From assembly GCA_964587725.1 (NCBI GenBank), contig CAZPLO010000029.1:1-14397 (forward strand): a stretch of 14,397 nt of DNA, in the 5' to 3' direction. Under the pieces are notes generated by a model, which worked only from the letters and a program-made list of their open reading frames with translations, searched no databases and had not been told where the DNA came from. The stretch's first letter is position 1, and every line of letters starts with the position of its first letter. Source of the stretch: an uncultured archaeon. Its GTDB lineage: Archaea; Altiarchaeota; Altiarchaeia; IMC4; SCGC-AAA252-I15. Of this stretch, positions 13,877 through 14,397 are shown one piece after another. The position numbers and the translations under genes were made by a program.

Positions 13877-14397
13877 ATGTCCCCCTTGCTCGTTCTCGCC
13901 GCCGCCCTGCTGGGGCTGCTTGGAATCGGAGGAGCCGGCTACTTCGCCTACAGCCGACTGGCCAAGAAGAATCCGGAAGACGTTATGATGCACGTCGCAG
14001 GCGAGTTGAGAATCACCTACGAGCCCAAGAGGGAGGATAAGCCGGCGTTCGCGTCCGGAACCTACAGCGGCCGGGGCGTTACCCTGGATTTCCTGAACGA
14101 GAAAGGCTACATGGACCGGTGGCACCCCCACTCCCGCGTGGTGGTGTCCGTTGACAAGAGCGTCCGCGACACCCACATCGTCGCCTACAGGGGCCGGTTC
14201 TACAGCAGGAAACTGGGGGAAGTCAAAGTCGACAACACCCGGTTCAACTCCGACTACGTGTTCCTGTCGAGTTCCACCAAGAAGGGCGAGAAAATCGTGA
14301 TGCCGGAGGTGGCGAACTGGGTGGTCAACCTGGACATGCCCTTCATACTGTCGGACGGCCACATAGTATTCCACCAGGAGAAGCACTTCGAGGACAA
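13877..14397 (+). CDS. Hypothetical membrane-anchored protein, truncated by the window edge (missing from the ORF track)
   Basis: ATG 13877 opens a stop-free frame to the end: MSPLLVLAAALLGLLGIGGAGYFAYSRLAKK...IVFHQEKHFED. High GC at third codon positions. TTTATT TATA-like element ~30 nt upstream. Confidence 0.8.
   Translation, partial: MSPLLVLAAALLGLLGIGGAGYFAYSRLAKKNPEDVMMHVAGELRITYEPKREDKPAFASGTYSGRGVTLDFLNEKGYMDRWHPHSRVVVSVDKSVRDTHIVAYRGRFYSRKLGEVKVDNTRFNSDYVFLSSSTKKGEKIVMPEVANWVVNLDMPFILSDGHIVFHQEKHFED

Noticed and set aside
13850-14386. 178-aa minus-strand ORF
   Set aside because: It is the antisense shadow of the + strand gene starting at 13877.

Overview
Compact, GC-rich archaeal chromosomal segment. 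Archaeal origin is indicated by an archaellin, a Dpo4-type polymerase, a JAMM protease, TATA/BRE promoters with mostly leaderless genes, and a CCA-less tRNA-Arg(GCG). The Thr/Ser-tract, Cys-rich surface proteins suggest Altiarchaeota or a similar uncultured lineage, but that is inference only. Recognisable genes are thiC, an atypical protein-kinase-like gene, tRNA-Arg, an orphan archaellin, several small membrane or secreted proteins, a SAM methyltransferase, dinB/dpo4, flavodoxin, AIM24/TIGR00266, nth, JAMM, RDD, a HAD hydrolase and a class II (bacterial/fungal-type) thrC. The most striking unexplained feature is a ~200-nt, densely base-paired minus-strand RNA candidate (~10690-10907) between the JAMM gene and nth. 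It has its own BRE/TATA, a perfect palindrome just upstream of the BRE and a U-rich 3' end, and it matches no RNA family I can recognise by eye. A second cluster of structured DNA/RNA (nested inverted repeats plus a GNRA-capped three-way junction) lies just downstream of thiC. I saw no CRISPR array, transposase or integrase.
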